Of a DNA stretch of 64,000 nt, positions 36,359 to 49,897 are shown one piece after another. The stretch comes from Callorhinchus milii (taxonomy: Eukaryota). The translations under genes were made by a program, and so were the position numbers. Positions within the stretch are counted from its first letter, which is position 1. Each line of letters opens with the position of its first letter. The notes under the pieces are model-generated. The model was not told where the DNA came from. It did no database searches and saw only the letters and a program-made list of their open reading frames with translations. The stretch lies in assembly GCF_018977255.1 (NCBI RefSeq), contig NW_024704767.1:4216001-4280000 (forward strand), given 5' to 3'.

Positions 36359-39227
36359 TAAAGGAAGTATTTTACAATTTATGAAGTGAATCAATTGTTC
36401 ATGTTTTTGTGAAAAAAAGCTGAATCAGACCAAAACCATAAAAACAAAACTGAATGATAACTTTAAGTTGGCTAACAGTCTATTCCACAAGTGACACATG
36501 ACCACAAATTGTTCCCATGAGAAACGTAAACATTGATTAAAAGATTCTGGGGTGCTGCAATTTTTTAAAAAAAACATTTAGTTCAGAGGTTATGGTCCAA
36601 TTTCCCCTTTCCTAAAAGCTCTCACGATGCAGCACTCTGCTGCAGTGGAAAATATGCTCGGGGATCTCTTCCGATGGCACTCGTTTGGTTAGAGACAGGC
36701 GAGCACAGTGCAATCTCAACTCAAGTTTCCATTCTCTCTCCTTGATGAGCTGTCTGCAAAACATGGTTCAGATCAGAGAGTCAGCAGACTGAGTGCTTTT
36801 ACCTCTGTTGCATGTGTGCCACATCGCTTAATAGTAGCATCAATTACTACAATACTGCAGTCACTTGACTAAGGACCCAGGAAAACAAACAAACATTCTC
36901 ATGCAGAAACACACAACTTCAATAAAATTCAATTGAAAATAACAAGAGAATTTGCCCCCAAAGTTTCTGAAACCAGCAAAATGAGCTGGGTTGAATTCCA
37001 TATAGAAAGTAGACCCCCGAGAAAGGCAATACTGTGAAGACTGAAAATAGATTTATTTTCTTTTTTGCAAATGCTATCAAACTACAGGGCAAGTACCTTT
37101 TGTACCAAGTAAATATGTACTCTAAAACTATTATAAACAAGATAAGAATATTCACACTTTTTCCAAAATACCAGCTATCTTCCCTTCTCTTGTAATAAAT
37201 ATCCTTAAATGGTTCTGTATTTACCCTAGTGCAGAGTAGATATTGAACAAGAACATTTTGGAACACATGTTGGCTGGTTTCTCAAGTACTATCTCAACAC
37301 AACATTCCAGCTCATCCAGCCAGCCAACCGTTTGTACTGCCAGCATCTCTATATTACAGTCGGATCAACTCAGGCTAAAAAAGGAGTTGCGTGACACGTG
37401 ATCCAAGAGGGAAATTTCTTCTACCGTTGAAATCTGAACCCTTAGCAGTGGATAAATGCTTCATATCAGCAGTTTGAGCAGGGCAGGGTGCCTTAATCTT
37501 AGTGAATTGAGGCTTGGCCTATCAAAACCATTTTGTCTCAACATTTATGACTGTAGAATCGATTTTTGAAAAACAGCTTCCAAATTAAGAGTTACAACTA
37601 AATGGTCTTATAAGCTAAGACTAGGCAGAATTTTAGACCTCCGGTGTTTGTTGAGAAACCTTCAAATTAGAGCATAAAAGAAAGCAAAGCCCATGTTGGT
37701 GGTACCCTAGAACTTCCTTTAGCTTCCCCTCAGTGAATATGACAGCAATTCCTTTAAACAACAGTATTTCCTTGCAATGAAACGCTTTGAGACATTTCAA
37801 CATCATAAGCGCCATTTCAAATGCAAGCATTGCTATAATCTCCTTTTCCCCAAACTTTAGCTTTTCAAGATGACCACCGAGACTGGAAGAAAGACAAATA
37901 AGGACAACGAAAAAGTACATCATTAAAATGGGATGAGTGAAGGGCATGAATTACGTGTTACTGCTATTTAAACCTCACTGCAACGTTGGCACAGTGCAGC
38001 ATTTGATGAAACGGATCTGAAGCACCACCCAATACCCAAAAGTAGACAAGATGAGGCATCTTGTTACATCTTATGTAAACCAGACTTCCCTCAAGTCAAT
38101 AAATTTGTTGAACAACACGGAAAGGGATCTAATTTACCATCAATATAAACCAGATTGGATTTGTTAATTGCAACTTGTAGTTCGCAAAATTAAGAACACG
38201 ATTCGAAGCCTGTAAGTCCAAAATCATTAAAGTCTGTAGTTTCGAGACACAACACAAATCTGCGTAACCGATCCATCAATTCCAATAGTACCCATATCCC
38301 CTGCATGTATTTCATGTCCACGTTCATACCTTCACCAACACAAACTATAATCAGGCTCAAACAAAATTCACAGCAGCACAAAGCCATCATTCATCTTCCC
38401 AGTATTGCATTTTGTCCAGTCAATACAATTTCTCATCTGTGTGGCATCCTGTGATCGCACTACATAAAGAACAGATGTAATTCAGTAGTAATTATAACAC
38501 AATCATAAATTAATTGATAGTAATTAAAAGAGAACGCAAAAAAAAAACCCACCAAACAGCCATCAGATCCGGCTTCGTGCTACACTGAGAGTTTTTGATT
38601 TGTTATAAGTAACCGATGAAGACAGCTGTTAAGCAGGACACTTTCTCCTCTAGTCAAATTCAAAGGAATTGAACATCTCGAGTACTCTAAACTAATAACA
38701 AATACTTCAGGAGATAACATATCCTGAGGCACATTGTACCTTTGTTATTCCCATAAAGAGCAAAACAGCGTATGGTGCAATTCTACAAAACAAAAACTCA
38801 GAATCTGATCTTATCAACTTTTGAGTCTAAGCAGGCCAACTTCATACTGACGTTTCTTCCAATAGTGCATTGTGTTTACTTCAGAATTCATTACTTTATT
38901 ACTTCTTTATGAAACTAACATCTGGTTTTCATTAATTTTAACTTAATGTGAAAGAGACTGTTAGCTCTTCCTTTATGAAATGGAGATTCTTTACAAAGTA
39001 AGATGGTATTTTATATTTGATCCACTTCACCGTCACATCTAGTTATAAACTCATGGTTTGCCTTCAGTGTCAGTTCCACATGCGTTGAACATCAGCTGAT
39101 AAAACTGGGTTTGACTATGGTTAAATAACACCCCATTGTGCCATTGCCATTTCCAGATTACTTTCAAGGTTATGTTTTTGCTGCTATGGAGGTTGGAATG
39201 CTTAGTAAACATAGTAAAATTACAAGA

Positions 39228-39372
39228 GGTGTGCTGCCTTGTTGGAGGTGCCTTCCTTTGGATGAGACGTCAAACCGAGGTCCTATCTGCCTGTGCAGAT
39301 AGATGTTAAAGATCCCATGGCACTATTTGAAAAGAGAAGGGAGTATCTCCTGGTGTCCTCGCCAACAGTTTC
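39228..39372 (+). mobile_element. DeuSINE Deu-domain fragment
   Basis: GTGCTGCCTTGTTGGAGGTGCC..CTTTGGATGAGACGTCAAACCGAGGTCC..TCTGCC...GATGTTAAAGATCCCATGGCACTATTTGAA..GGGAGT..TCCTGGTGTCCT matches the conserved Deu domain of AmnSINE1/SacSINE1 as I recall it, and the antisense copy at 42240-42370. Confidence 0.8.
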
Positions 39373-39377
39373 CTAAA

Positions 39378-39600
39378 TAACAACAACAGCAGCAAAAACA
39401 TTCCATTTGTATAGCTCCTTTCACATCAGAAGGACATCCCAAGACGCTGGACAATCAATGCTTCGGATCCAAGCTGGGGGTCGGGATCGGGGAGGGTGGA
39501 GGGCGGAAGGGGGGAAGAGGGTGACCCAAGGCATGGTCGAAGAGGAGGATCTTGAAGGAGGCAAAGGAGGGGGTGAAGCGGAGGGACTGCGGGATGAGAC
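39378..39600 (-). mobile_element. L2 3' fragment
   Basis: AAC-rich tail, then TTCCATTTGTATAGCTCCTTTCACATCAGAAGGACATCCCAAG and a purine-rich segment (GGTCGAAGAGGAGGATCTTGAAG), parallel to the L2 at 6143-6330. A related tail lies at ~52659-52772. Confidence 0.75.
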
Positions 39601-41929
39601 ATTTTAACATCATAAGCGCCAAATGTCTTGCTGTTATTGTAGGAAAATAAATCTGAACAGCATCTGCATTGCCAGTCTTGTCACTAACACCATGTAAATG
39701 ACACAGGTGATGTATTAAAATTCAGTTCTTTTTAAAGCTGCCAAACAAATCAGCAGGGTTTAAGGTGAATGATTTTTTAAAAGAACAAATATAGCAAAGA
39801 ATAGAAATTGTTTCTTAAATCAACTGATATGGGTAAACACATTTTGAAGTGTGTTTCGCCTCCTTTGCAATATTTTCCGAAGCAGTATATCTCACTTTTT
39901 TGGAGAAGCAGCACAATTTTAAGTTAATTCTTCCACAGAAACACATCTATCCAGACCATTTGCAACCCTGAGGCTTGGGTGTTGTTCTGTTATCTCTGCG
40001 AATGCAGCCAGTAATTCACTGATGGTTGGAATATACTTAAAAGGTTTGAATGCGCATGATAAACTCTCTATATTTGCCAGTAAACTGTAAAGCCTGGGAA
40101 CATTTGCTCCAAAAAGTCCACCATTATATAAATCAGTCCCATAATTCTAGGAGCCGTCAGATCATCATGAATAATAATTCAGAAAAAGCAATTTAAAAGA
40201 AACATGATTATAAAGAAAGTAGAGCTGAAGACTGGGAATTGGAATCAGATTTTGAGTTAAAGTGAAACTTGTCTTAAGGAATCATTAGTTGGGCTGACGT
40301 AAAGAGTAAGCAGGTTAAAGTGTATTATTTAATTTATTTTCTATCTTAGTATTATCCTATCTTAAAATTCCTAAACCACAGCCTTAATTTAAAAGCTGGT
40401 TCTTTTTGAGACATGCAAATTGTGACGTGAAGAATTTTTAAATTCTGCTCAATAAAGTAGCGCACATGTCAGAAAGTATTTTGGTGTCAGTGTAATAAAA
40501 GTTATTTACTGTCAAAATCCGCCCAAAACCCTAAGAAAATATATTGGCACACATCAGAGGTAGAAGGCTTTTCGTGATGTAGCAACACTATTGTGTTAGC
40601 ACAGCAAAAACAGCTGTTTTGTTTATTGCAACACGACATTCACTAGAATAACACAAAAAGGTGGAGTAAGGTTCAATCACTATCAATCATACTTCGGAAG
40701 ATGAAAAAAACATCATGTCATTCAGAGAAAACGTTCTTGAGTCATAACCATATTTTTCTGGGCAGCTGTTGATGATCTCTTTAAACAAAACAGATGAAAT
40801 CCAACTCCTTTCACGTGGACTATAATTCTATAGCCTTATTGACACCTTGTAACAAATATCTTCTATTTTTTAAGGTTCCCTGAGCCTCTTAAAGGCTTAC
40901 TTTGAATACAGAGGAAACATGCTTTGTTCCTGCTTTAATTTCTGAAATTATTCAGTCCTGATTATTGTTTATTCTTGTTACTTCTAAGCCACTACATTCA
41001 ATTGAAGCAGGGTGATCATATGACTTCAATACTCAAGAGTATGTAGTGTTCAACTTGAACACAAAGTAGTTTGAATTTGGCACCTTGAGATCAATTCAGA
41101 AAATAAGCAGAGCTGTCATATATGCTCAAATAACTCCAGAATAATGTCCTGGGCTTTTCCACGCAAGAGTTATCAAGAGTTTTATGAGAGAGAGAACCTA
41201 AGTCATATGGACTGTGATAGTGCCACCTTGGTACCCCAGGTTTTGCAAGGTTTCTACTCCTATGGCTATCAACTGACCCAGCTGGAGATATCTAGCAAGA
41301 TCAGTTTGGATGTGACAGCACAGTGAACAGCTCATGAACACTCATGATCGAGTGCTCACACATAAATAGTGGGCACTTGCGCAAGTCATTGAAAGGCGAC
41401 TGGAATCTGTGGAACCACACTGCAGTGGAAGGAAATAAAAGGAAACAAAAATCTCCAACAGGGAAGAGGAAGGTTGGAGGAAAAACAATGTTTTACTCCG
41501 GAGCTTCACGGCCATCATTTGAAAGTTCTGGAATACATTTGTTTAAACGCTCAGAAGTGACACACCTGCTGACTCTCCTTGAATTGGAGCTGAAGCAGGG
41601 CTCTCATCGAAAACCCAGATATTTGAACAATAAAACTGTGTAGGTAGTTGACTCATATGTTCCCGAGGCTTTTGGGTTCAAATACACGTACGCACACGCA
41701 TAAGGGATGACATTTGTATTTTGCAAAGCCAGAACATTTGCCTTGGACAGAATACAAATTCATTGAATATATTGCAGCATGAGTCAGTAGCTACTTGTCT
41801 TAATCTATGTTTTTAATGAGCCAATCAATCAACCTCAACGCTGTGACCCGAAGGCGGCTGAACGTATACTTTAAATAACATATTTCTAGTTAGCAGATTT
41901 TCATTTGAGCTGAGACGCCCTCTGCAGTC

Positions 41930-42040
41930 AAGGGGTCTGACGACACTTGCTGTCAAGGCTCCCACTAAATAATGGCCTCTTGGATGGAGTACCAGAGGGC
42001 ATCGAGTGCCCAAGGAACCTTATCCCAGTGGGAGGGAAAA
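41930..42040 (+). mobile_element. Ancient SINE-like repeat, 3' fragment
   Basis: GACACTTGCTGTCAAGGCTCCCACTAAATAATGGCCTCTTGG...GTACCAGAGGGC parallels 8105-8180 and the reverse complement of 6030-6120. Confidence 0.45.
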
Positions 42041-42078
42041 GCAGTCAAATGCTTTCAAATGAATGGTGAAGAAAAAAT

Positions 42079-42460
42079 TAATAATCACCCTTGCGTTTGG
42101 TAAAGCAGCTTATCACACCTTCAAAACATTTCTGAGTGCTTCACAGCCTTGTGATTGTGTATTTGCAGCCGAACAAGACAACCACCGCACATCAACTGTG
42201 CAGAGATCGACTCATTTTATTTGGGAGCTTGTTGGCCGGTACATTGTGAAAAACTGCCTTCTCTTTTCGAACAGTGATAAGGGATCTTTAACATCCACCT
42301 GAACAGGCAGACAGGACCTCGGTTTAAAGTCTCCTCCAAAGGACAACACCTCTGACAATGCAGTGCTGTACCAGAGTGTCAGACTAGACTATGAGCTCAA
42401 AGTCCCAACATGAGGCTTGAACCCACAACATTCAGAGATCAGAATACGACCAACTGAGGC
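42079..42460 (-). mobile_element. Near full-length, degraded DeuSINE (tRNA-like head, Deu domain, L2-like tail)
   Basis: Minus-strand B-box GGTTCAAGCC (~42414-42423). The Deu domain appears on the + strand as GGGATCTTTAACATCCACCTGAACAGGCAGACAGGACCTCGGTTTAAAGTCTCCTCCAAAGGACAACACCTCTGACAATGCAG. The tail reads GTGATAAGCTGCTTTACCAAACGCAAGGGTGATTATT on the minus strand. Confidence 0.8.
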
Positions 42461-42830
42461 AGGCGAGCAGACACCTAGCAAATTAACAAGAACAAAGATT
42501 AAATATAAAGTCTTGACTATAATATTCAGTGCCTTCAAGCATAATAACCTACAATTTAACATGATTTGGATTTATTTTTAAGCAAAAAAAACTCTCATTA
42601 TAATTGGATTTTCCAACATATAGTTAAATATCCGTTTGTGACATAATAATAATAATCTTTCACTGAAACAAAGTGTAGCAGCAAAGAGAAGGTACGATAA
42701 ATAAAAGGTGTCCAATCTAAGAAAATGTCCAATTCATTTCAATTCAAGGAGAATGGTTCTTTGTGCCAGTGACAGGTTTTCTTTGCAGATGTACTGCAAT
42801 ACTGCTTGTTCTCAACTATACGTAGGATAA

Positions 42831-42966
42831 TGCTGTGTGCAAATTGGCTGCCGTGTTTCTCTACAAATTACACAGCCACTACACTTTACTATACATTCTG
42901 TGAAGCTCTTTGAGACGTCCTCCCGACACGAAAGGCACTATTTCCAAATGTAAGGATTATTATTAT
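42831..42966 (+). mobile_element. SINE 3' half
   Basis: TGCTGTGTGCAAATTGGCTGCCGTG...GAGACGTCCTCCCGACACGAAAGGCAC...AAATGTAAGG(ATT)n. Confidence 0.8.
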
Positions 42967-43160
42967 GATTACATTGTGCATTACATGTTTGGAGAAAATA
43001 ATTCAGGTTAAAACACTACATTTGGCATGAATCACACACCACCATTATTCATCCTCTCATTGATTTTGGCATGTTTGCCCTCTGCAGCCAAATGCAGTGC
43101 CAGACCATCCTAAATTGAATGGAAATGTTAAATATCTTTCATCTACATTTATTGGGGAAG

Positions 43161-43320
43161 TCAATCCATGGCTGTTCATGGGACACAGCTGTGCATAATT
43201 GGCTACCACGTTTTACCCACAAAATATACAGTCAATTCACTTTACAGTATATTCGGTGAAGCGCTTTGAGATGTTTCAACGACACGATAAAGCGCCATAT
43301 CAAATGCAAGGATTATTATT
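43161..43320 (+). mobile_element. SINE 3' half
   Basis: TCAATCCATGGCTGTTCATGGGACAC...CAGTCAATTCACTTTACAGTATATTC...ATATCAAATGCAAGG(ATT)3. Confidence 0.85.
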
Positions 43321-44619
43321 TTTAAAATAGAACGGAATAGAATCCCAAGATGAAAGCAAAATCGAATGGTTAAAAATATAACATGCTGACAGTATGCCTT
43401 TTAATCAATTTAGTTTACAATGAAAAGAGATTTGGATTCTGCTGGAGTAATGTAGATGGAAACCATCTGCTTGCTGACTCACATCAATTGCACTGAAGTG
43501 TGCAGCTCCTGTCATCATCTCTAATCAAACTCTGTTTAATCTGCCCAATGGAAGGCCTTTTACTCCACTTCTTAGTAAGCTGGTTCTTCAGATGTATGAT
43601 ATTACAGGAATAGTGTCAAGTGTGACCTTAAGAGATGGAAACATTAATGTGGTATAAACTGCCATGCAGTTTAAGGACTAGCCGCAGTGAAGTAATAAAA
43701 AACCTAACTGTTGTACTAGGCTAAAGGATATGAATATGTGGCATTGTAACATACTTGATGAATTCTATGCAAACAGACGGGTACATCCAGTGCTTAAACA
43801 CATATATTCAGCCGCCAAAGAGGAAACAGCATGTTAAGGTGGAGTACACATTTCTTCGATTTAAAACAGTTTGAAAATCTGTCACCTCCCACGTAAAAAG
43901 AAATGCCACATCTTGTCATAACGACGGAGCAGCTTGCTTGCACACAGCGCTCTTCACAAAGGGTAACATCTCAGAGCGTTTTAAAGGAAGGGGTCAGGCG
44001 TCAAGTGAGGGAGAAGGGGGAGGGGTAGGTGGCCACAGGAGTGTTCGAAGAATCAGTATTGTTTCAGGCTCCAGATAGCATGCGATAGTTATTGAGCCGG
44101 TAACAGTTCCAGACACAGCTTTTATTTGATTTGGAGGGTTGCTTGGAGCACTGGAGCATCATTTTCTCTTTGAAGAATTTGTGAAAATGGCCCATTGCAA
44201 AGTGCACTTAATAAATTTACTTTAAACAAAGCTTAAGGGAATTCCAGCTAAACATTTTTCTACAAAATCTCGGCACAGCAAAAGCTCAGCATCTCAATAG
44301 CCATGTAATTTAAATAGACTATCTTTGTTGAGTGCTATTTTGGTGGAGCAAAATTCAATTTCAAAATGGTATTAGTTATCCAGACTCTTTGTTTTTGTAG
44401 TTGCTGTAATATTTACTTGGCGATCGTTCACAATTTAATTTCCCCACCCAAAGATAATTCAGGATTTAGCCCATATGCCAAGGATTCTCAATTCTAATCC
44501 AAGTCGGGATGGAATGTCACTTGCTGTTGGAATATGGATACAACGTTAGATTGGATAAATAGTATTGTGGTTCCAATCTGGCCTTTGATCTTTTATTTGA
44601 TCACAGGATTAGTTTGGAT

Positions 44620-44750
44620 AAAAAAAACCTTCAGCCCATTTGATCTCCTCCTTCCAGAATACCCACCCTTCTGTCTTTCCATCACAGCATCAAGCTTTTT
44701 TGGTAAATGAGTCCAGTGTCCTGGCTTCAACCACCGTGACTGGCAATCTT
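44620..44750 (-). mobile_element. CR1 3' UTR fragment
   Basis: CCTTCAGCCCATTTGATCTC..CCTTCCAGAATACCCACCC...AAATGAGTCCAGTGTCCTGGCTTCAACC is the reverse complement of the CR1 end at 11855-12000. Related copies lie at ~34950-35130 and ~58390-58555. Confidence 0.7.
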
Positions 44751-47700
44751 TTTGTTAATTTCCCACTAGAAAAACTCCTCTTTGATTTGGGAGCCCCCGA
44801 ATGATTATGCATTGCAACTGTATTGTTTTAGCATCATATTGTCCCCATCTGTTCCTTTGCTCACTGGGTGAGATCACTGAGATCAATCCCACATCCTCTG
44901 CTCCCATTTCTACCCTCTTTCCCCAGTCATGCTTTCTTAGCCCCTCTCCTCTTCTGATGTAGCAGGTTCCCACTGACATGAACCTTCATCCCTATTGTCT
45001 GCTATCTCCCCCATCAAGTGATTCTAAGTCATCATTTTCCTTGTGCCCACTCAGACTCTTCCTACACCCTTTGTCCCTTTCTGAGGCCCATTACCTCGGA
45101 CTCTCCCCTACTCATTTTTTTACAGTTAGATACCGTTCTTCCCTGGAGTTATTTAACTTGCTACTGCCCTCGCAAAAGGGCTGAGCGGGGAAACTCATAA
45201 GTGAACTGACGGCCCATTCAGCAATGGTAATGCACCTTGCCCAATCTGAATCCACTTTATTACACAATACAACACAACACTGACTTTAGCTCTGTGCACA
45301 GGGCACAAAGCGCCCTGGAATTGCCATTGGTATCATCATACTTGATTGTGAAGATTCCCATCACAGCTAGCATTGCACTATTCAAATAATAGGTTCAACA
45401 TCAGCTACCACACTAGTGAGGCGTGGCTCAACTCCTCTTTTGCTCCCCCTAAATCCTTTTTGCCTCCCAGTTTAAATGAAATCACACATTTCAAACACAT
45501 TTCACATGCAGGACAGGGCAACACCTGCCTGGATTTTACACCCTCACTTTCCTATGGTTCCTTAAAGTCTCCACATTGATTTGACATTTCAAGCTTCATT
45601 GGGAAAATACAAACGGAAGAAAGACAGAACGGAGGGAAGAAAAAAAGTGAGGAAAACTTATCATTGAACAAGCTAATCCAACCACAGCAATGCCTGGCAT
45701 TTTTGAGGAACTCTAGATAGTTTCCATGCAGTTTATTTGTGTTACAAATTAAACTGAGAGAAAAAAAACAAGGCATCGCTTGGCCAGTATGCCAATATTT
45801 TAATTGCAACTACAGGACAAAGCATGAGTGCAATTACACTAAGAAACTATGGGGAAGGAAATCAACGGCTACATTATTGTCATTGTCTTCCTGGAAATAA
45901 AAATAGGCTTTAAAACATTCTGATATTGAGGTGGGTAACTGCATTTAAATTAACTTTTATTGACAGCAAAAAAAACCTACCAATATTTTCAAATCTAGAG
46001 AGCACCCTTTGACCACCTATATATACTTACTAAGCGCAGACTGATTTTCATCACCGCTACACAAACTGGCTCTGCATCAGAATCAATCCAACTTCAGCTC
46101 AAGAAATTGCCTGCACGCACACATACACACACAAAGCAGCAGCGATAATGAAAAGCAGGCTGATAATTTCACATCCTGACAGTGCATGAGGAGACTCCTC
46201 ATCAATCTTTAGCAAAAGCTGGAATCCTGCTTTCCCCATGGTTACAGCACCTTACTGCAGTAGCAGCAGCAGCAGTAGCAGGCAATCCAATCTATTACCA
46301 CTGCACTGAGGGCTACAGCAAACCTTTATCTTGCGAGCACAACACTGGGACTAATATTTAGCACATAATCATTAATAAGGTCCAAAATCTTAGCAGCAAT
46401 CATTCGGAAAGCGCATTCTTACCAATGCTGTGAGCTGGACCTGAGCTTGTAATGGAATTCCCACTGGGTGCTTGATGAATGCAAGCTGCCACGGAAGCAA
46501 GACTGAAGAGGTCTGCTCTTAGGCACATTACATTAAAAAAGAGAACCTCCACTAGATTTGCTGATGAGGGGCTCTCTACACACAGTCTGTTTTCATTGGT
46601 AAATCCCAAGGGGTGGAAATAGCACTCAGTCTAAAGAAAACTGGTTCTAATATTCTGATCCTTATTTGATAGATCTGCAAAATGAAAATGCAATTTACAA
46701 ACCTATTAATTTCATGTTACAGGCTCAATCGCTGAAAGTCCTTTATTAAACTTGTATTCATTAATTTATAACATGGGGAAAGAAATTATTCTGCACAACC
46801 TTTCCATTATTTTTACAAATATTTCAAATAGAATTTTTATTTAGACGGAGACAAAACTCCAATTTCTTCCAGCGCTCCCTTTACTAAGGCAATCAATCTC
46901 AATGCATTTCTCTACAATTCTGCAATCAATCCCGTTATAAATTATGCTGATGTTTGCGTTATGTTACTCTTGTTCAACATCATAAACCAGCTCTCGTTAG
47001 ACTTTTTACATGACATTGCTCATTGGGGATAGCTAGGATGGTATTTTAGAATAACTCAACTTTTTTAGGATTACCTGCATTTAAAAAAATCACTATATTT
47101 AATATAGAGCCTTTCACCTCAGGAAGACTAGCAAAGCTTTACTGTAAAGGAATTACTGTAAAGTATAGCAACTCTGTATTTTGTACAGTAGCCAACATGT
47201 ACAACATCAACTTGCATTTATATAGCGCCCTTCATGGGGGGGTTGTAATTAACCTACCTGTTCAAATTTGCCCATTTTGTGTCAATATTGTGTTAACAGT
47301 GTGTAAATTGCGGTGCAAACACAGTGTAACTCAAGAATTTGAAGTTTGCAACAATGCTTCAGCGATCAAATTCATTGCTGCCTGGCTGAATCATGCAAAC
47401 CTCCTTCAACTCAGAACTTACATATGACATTGCAAAGCGACTTCCTAATATTGATGTTCGAATGAATTAGACAACAAAGAGCTAGAACACAGCAAGTGTG
47501 CGGCGTACAAAAACGAATAAACAGGATGAAAGTACACAGAACAAGAAAGTCTTCTGACAAATACTAAAAGCTTTACTGGATCTTCCATAACCTACAGGCG
47601 GCATCCATGCCTTTTATTTACAAATGGGTGTTGCTAAAAGTGTTTTGAAGCAACATCAATTAGAGCTGCAGTTTTCAGATACACCCACATGCACTTATAC

Positions 47701-47874
47701 TAATTCTGTAAAAGGTTAGGAAAAATGTAACTTGCCCTGCGTAAAATTGTATTTACAGGCAGACTTCCACTCCCACCACTTTCAAAGGAAGAATAATCGA
47801 CCAAATAAAGTACTATATGAGTTGATCTCTGCTAATACTACCCAATACATTAATTTGTAATGTATTCAGTCACA

Positions 47875-48076
47875 CATTCAGCCATAACTCTGGAACACTC
47901 TCCCTCAAACTTCCACCTTACCCCCTCCCCTTTTTCGAGTTCCGCTTGAAAATCTTCCTTTGACAGTGCTTACGGTCGCCTGTCCCTCCCCCACAGCTCG
48001 GAGTCAGGCTCCGCACTGTTAAGGCTTTGAGACCTACCCAGGTGGAGAGTGCTATATAAATACAAATTGTATTATT
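47875..48076 (+). mobile_element. L2 3' fragment, degraded
   Basis: CTCTGGAACACTCTCCCTCAA (LWN.LP), TTGAAAATCTTCCTTTGAC (LK..LFD-like) and the tail GCTATATAAATACAAATTGTATT. A similar fragment lies at ~54130-54293. Confidence 0.6.
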
Positions 48077-49729
48077 GCTTCTTTTACTGATGCAAGTGTC
48101 TGAGATGAAGTTTCATCAGTTTTTCCTCTATAACCCGACGACAACCTTTTACTAATCAGCATTTTTTTACAATTGTTCCATTTAACATATTCCTCCCACT
48201 TTAATGTGGATCAGTGCCTATTAATTAAATTACAACTGCCACATATTGGCCCAGCTACCCAAAACATCCAAACCCTTCGCAATCTAATAGAATGCTTTCT
48301 CATTCAATTTACTGGCATGTGAGACACCACCCCACAATTTGTGTCTCAGCAACTCTCTGTCCCTCCCGTTCCTCGCAAAGCCCAATGTGAAATAATCATT
48401 CAATAATTCCGCATGCCCACATTGCAGTTTTGCTGCATTGTTTCCACAGGGCTAACCTTTTATTTTGCTTTGGTTTACATACATATACATTTGAAGAACA
48501 TCTTACTGTGACTTTGCAACAAATGCCTGGTGAAACCAAGACAACAGCAGCATTTCAAAGGCAATCGAACAAATATTAGAAGAATGGCCGTAGGAAAGAA
48601 CAGGGCAGTTGGATTGGAGGTCTGGTACTGTGAAACTGTGATACTAGCGCTGATACCTTGGGGTGTACTCCTGACGTGAAAGGCGCTGTACAAATGTAAT
48701 TTGTTGTTGTTAATACTGTAATCATTGATTCCTACAGCTCCCCGTTTTTCCACCATATGTATAAAACCTGGGTCGTCACTAAAGATTACATCTGTAATGG
48801 TCACATAGTGCATTAATGTTTGACATATTGTTTAAGGAAGCAATCCTATAATACTTCTAGAAATCTGCACGCCTCATTAGTTTTTTCCCCCACTATTTTC
48901 CCGGTCAATACCTTGGTGATTGAAATCACACATGATTAATGTTCCATGCCGGCTATCCTTATCTGCAAAGAACATTTACCTCACTAAACTCTTCTGCTGA
49001 CTGGGCTCCAGGAGGAAAGCAAGAACATTCGGTGAAGTAGTAACCTTTATTATCCTGGACCAACCACAATTTCACACCTTCACTCCTGAAATAGGCACTT
49101 AAAATTATTTGTTTCTAAGTGATATCCTTCGCATTCAGGATAGAACAAAATCCCACCTTGGGAAATGCTACATGTTGATTGAAGTTTAATACAATGATAG
49201 AAATTGATAGCAAGACTTTTTGGATTGTCAAATTCATAAAGTTCTCACTCAATCCATTATTTTTGAAGCAGAAATTCAGCATAGACAGGAACAGAGCAGA
49301 AAATATGCAGGATATCATCCTATATTTGCAGTTAAAATAAGATCTTTCTATTCCCCTCACATTGTTAGCTAATGATCCAAAACTAAGTACGTGGTAATAA
49401 ATCCAACTTCAAGTTCCTTCATTTAATATCGTACCTCATCACATCATTGGAACTTCTCAGAGCACTTTAATAGAGTCCTGTAGTGTGTTAGTTAGAGCAC
49501 TCCCCTCTTTGATTGTGCCACACCCACCCTTTGCCTTCTTGTTTCCAACCCCCAGGCTCTGATGCAAACCCTTAACTGCCAGCCCCTTGGGATGTCCTCT
49601 CGAGTTGTAAGGAGCTAAATAAATAACATTTGTTGTTGTTTTTCAAAATGTATATTAGTTACAAAGCTAACAGTGTTAAGCAAACTCCAATTTGATTCAA
49701 GCAGCTGGTTTTGTGTCAGTTGACATATA

Positions 49730-49897
49730 CCCGAACAGGCAATCGGAGCCTCAGGTTAACGTATCTGATAGACAGGACTCCAATAATGCAACACACCCCT
49801 AGCACTGCATTGAAGTATCAGCCCCAGATCGCGAGTGTTCAAATGCTCGATGTGGGGCTTGAACCCACAACTTTCTGGCTCAGAGGCGAGAATGCCA
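49730..49897 (-). mobile_element. DeuSINE 5' fragment (tRNA head plus start of the Deu domain)
   Basis: GGGGCTTGAACCCACAACTTTCTGGCTCAGAGGCGAGAATGC is an antisense tRNA-like head with a B-box. The adjacent sequence parallels 42300-42430. This accounts for part of ORF 49711..50184. Confidence 0.7.

Noticed and set aside
38330-38390. MMALCCCEFCLSLIIVCVGE followed by a phase-1 donor (AAG|GTATGA), a possible alternative signal-peptide exon
   Set aside because: It lacks the semaphorin PR motif, a basic n-region and any promoter or acceptor support. Short hydrophobic ORFs are common in T-rich DNA.
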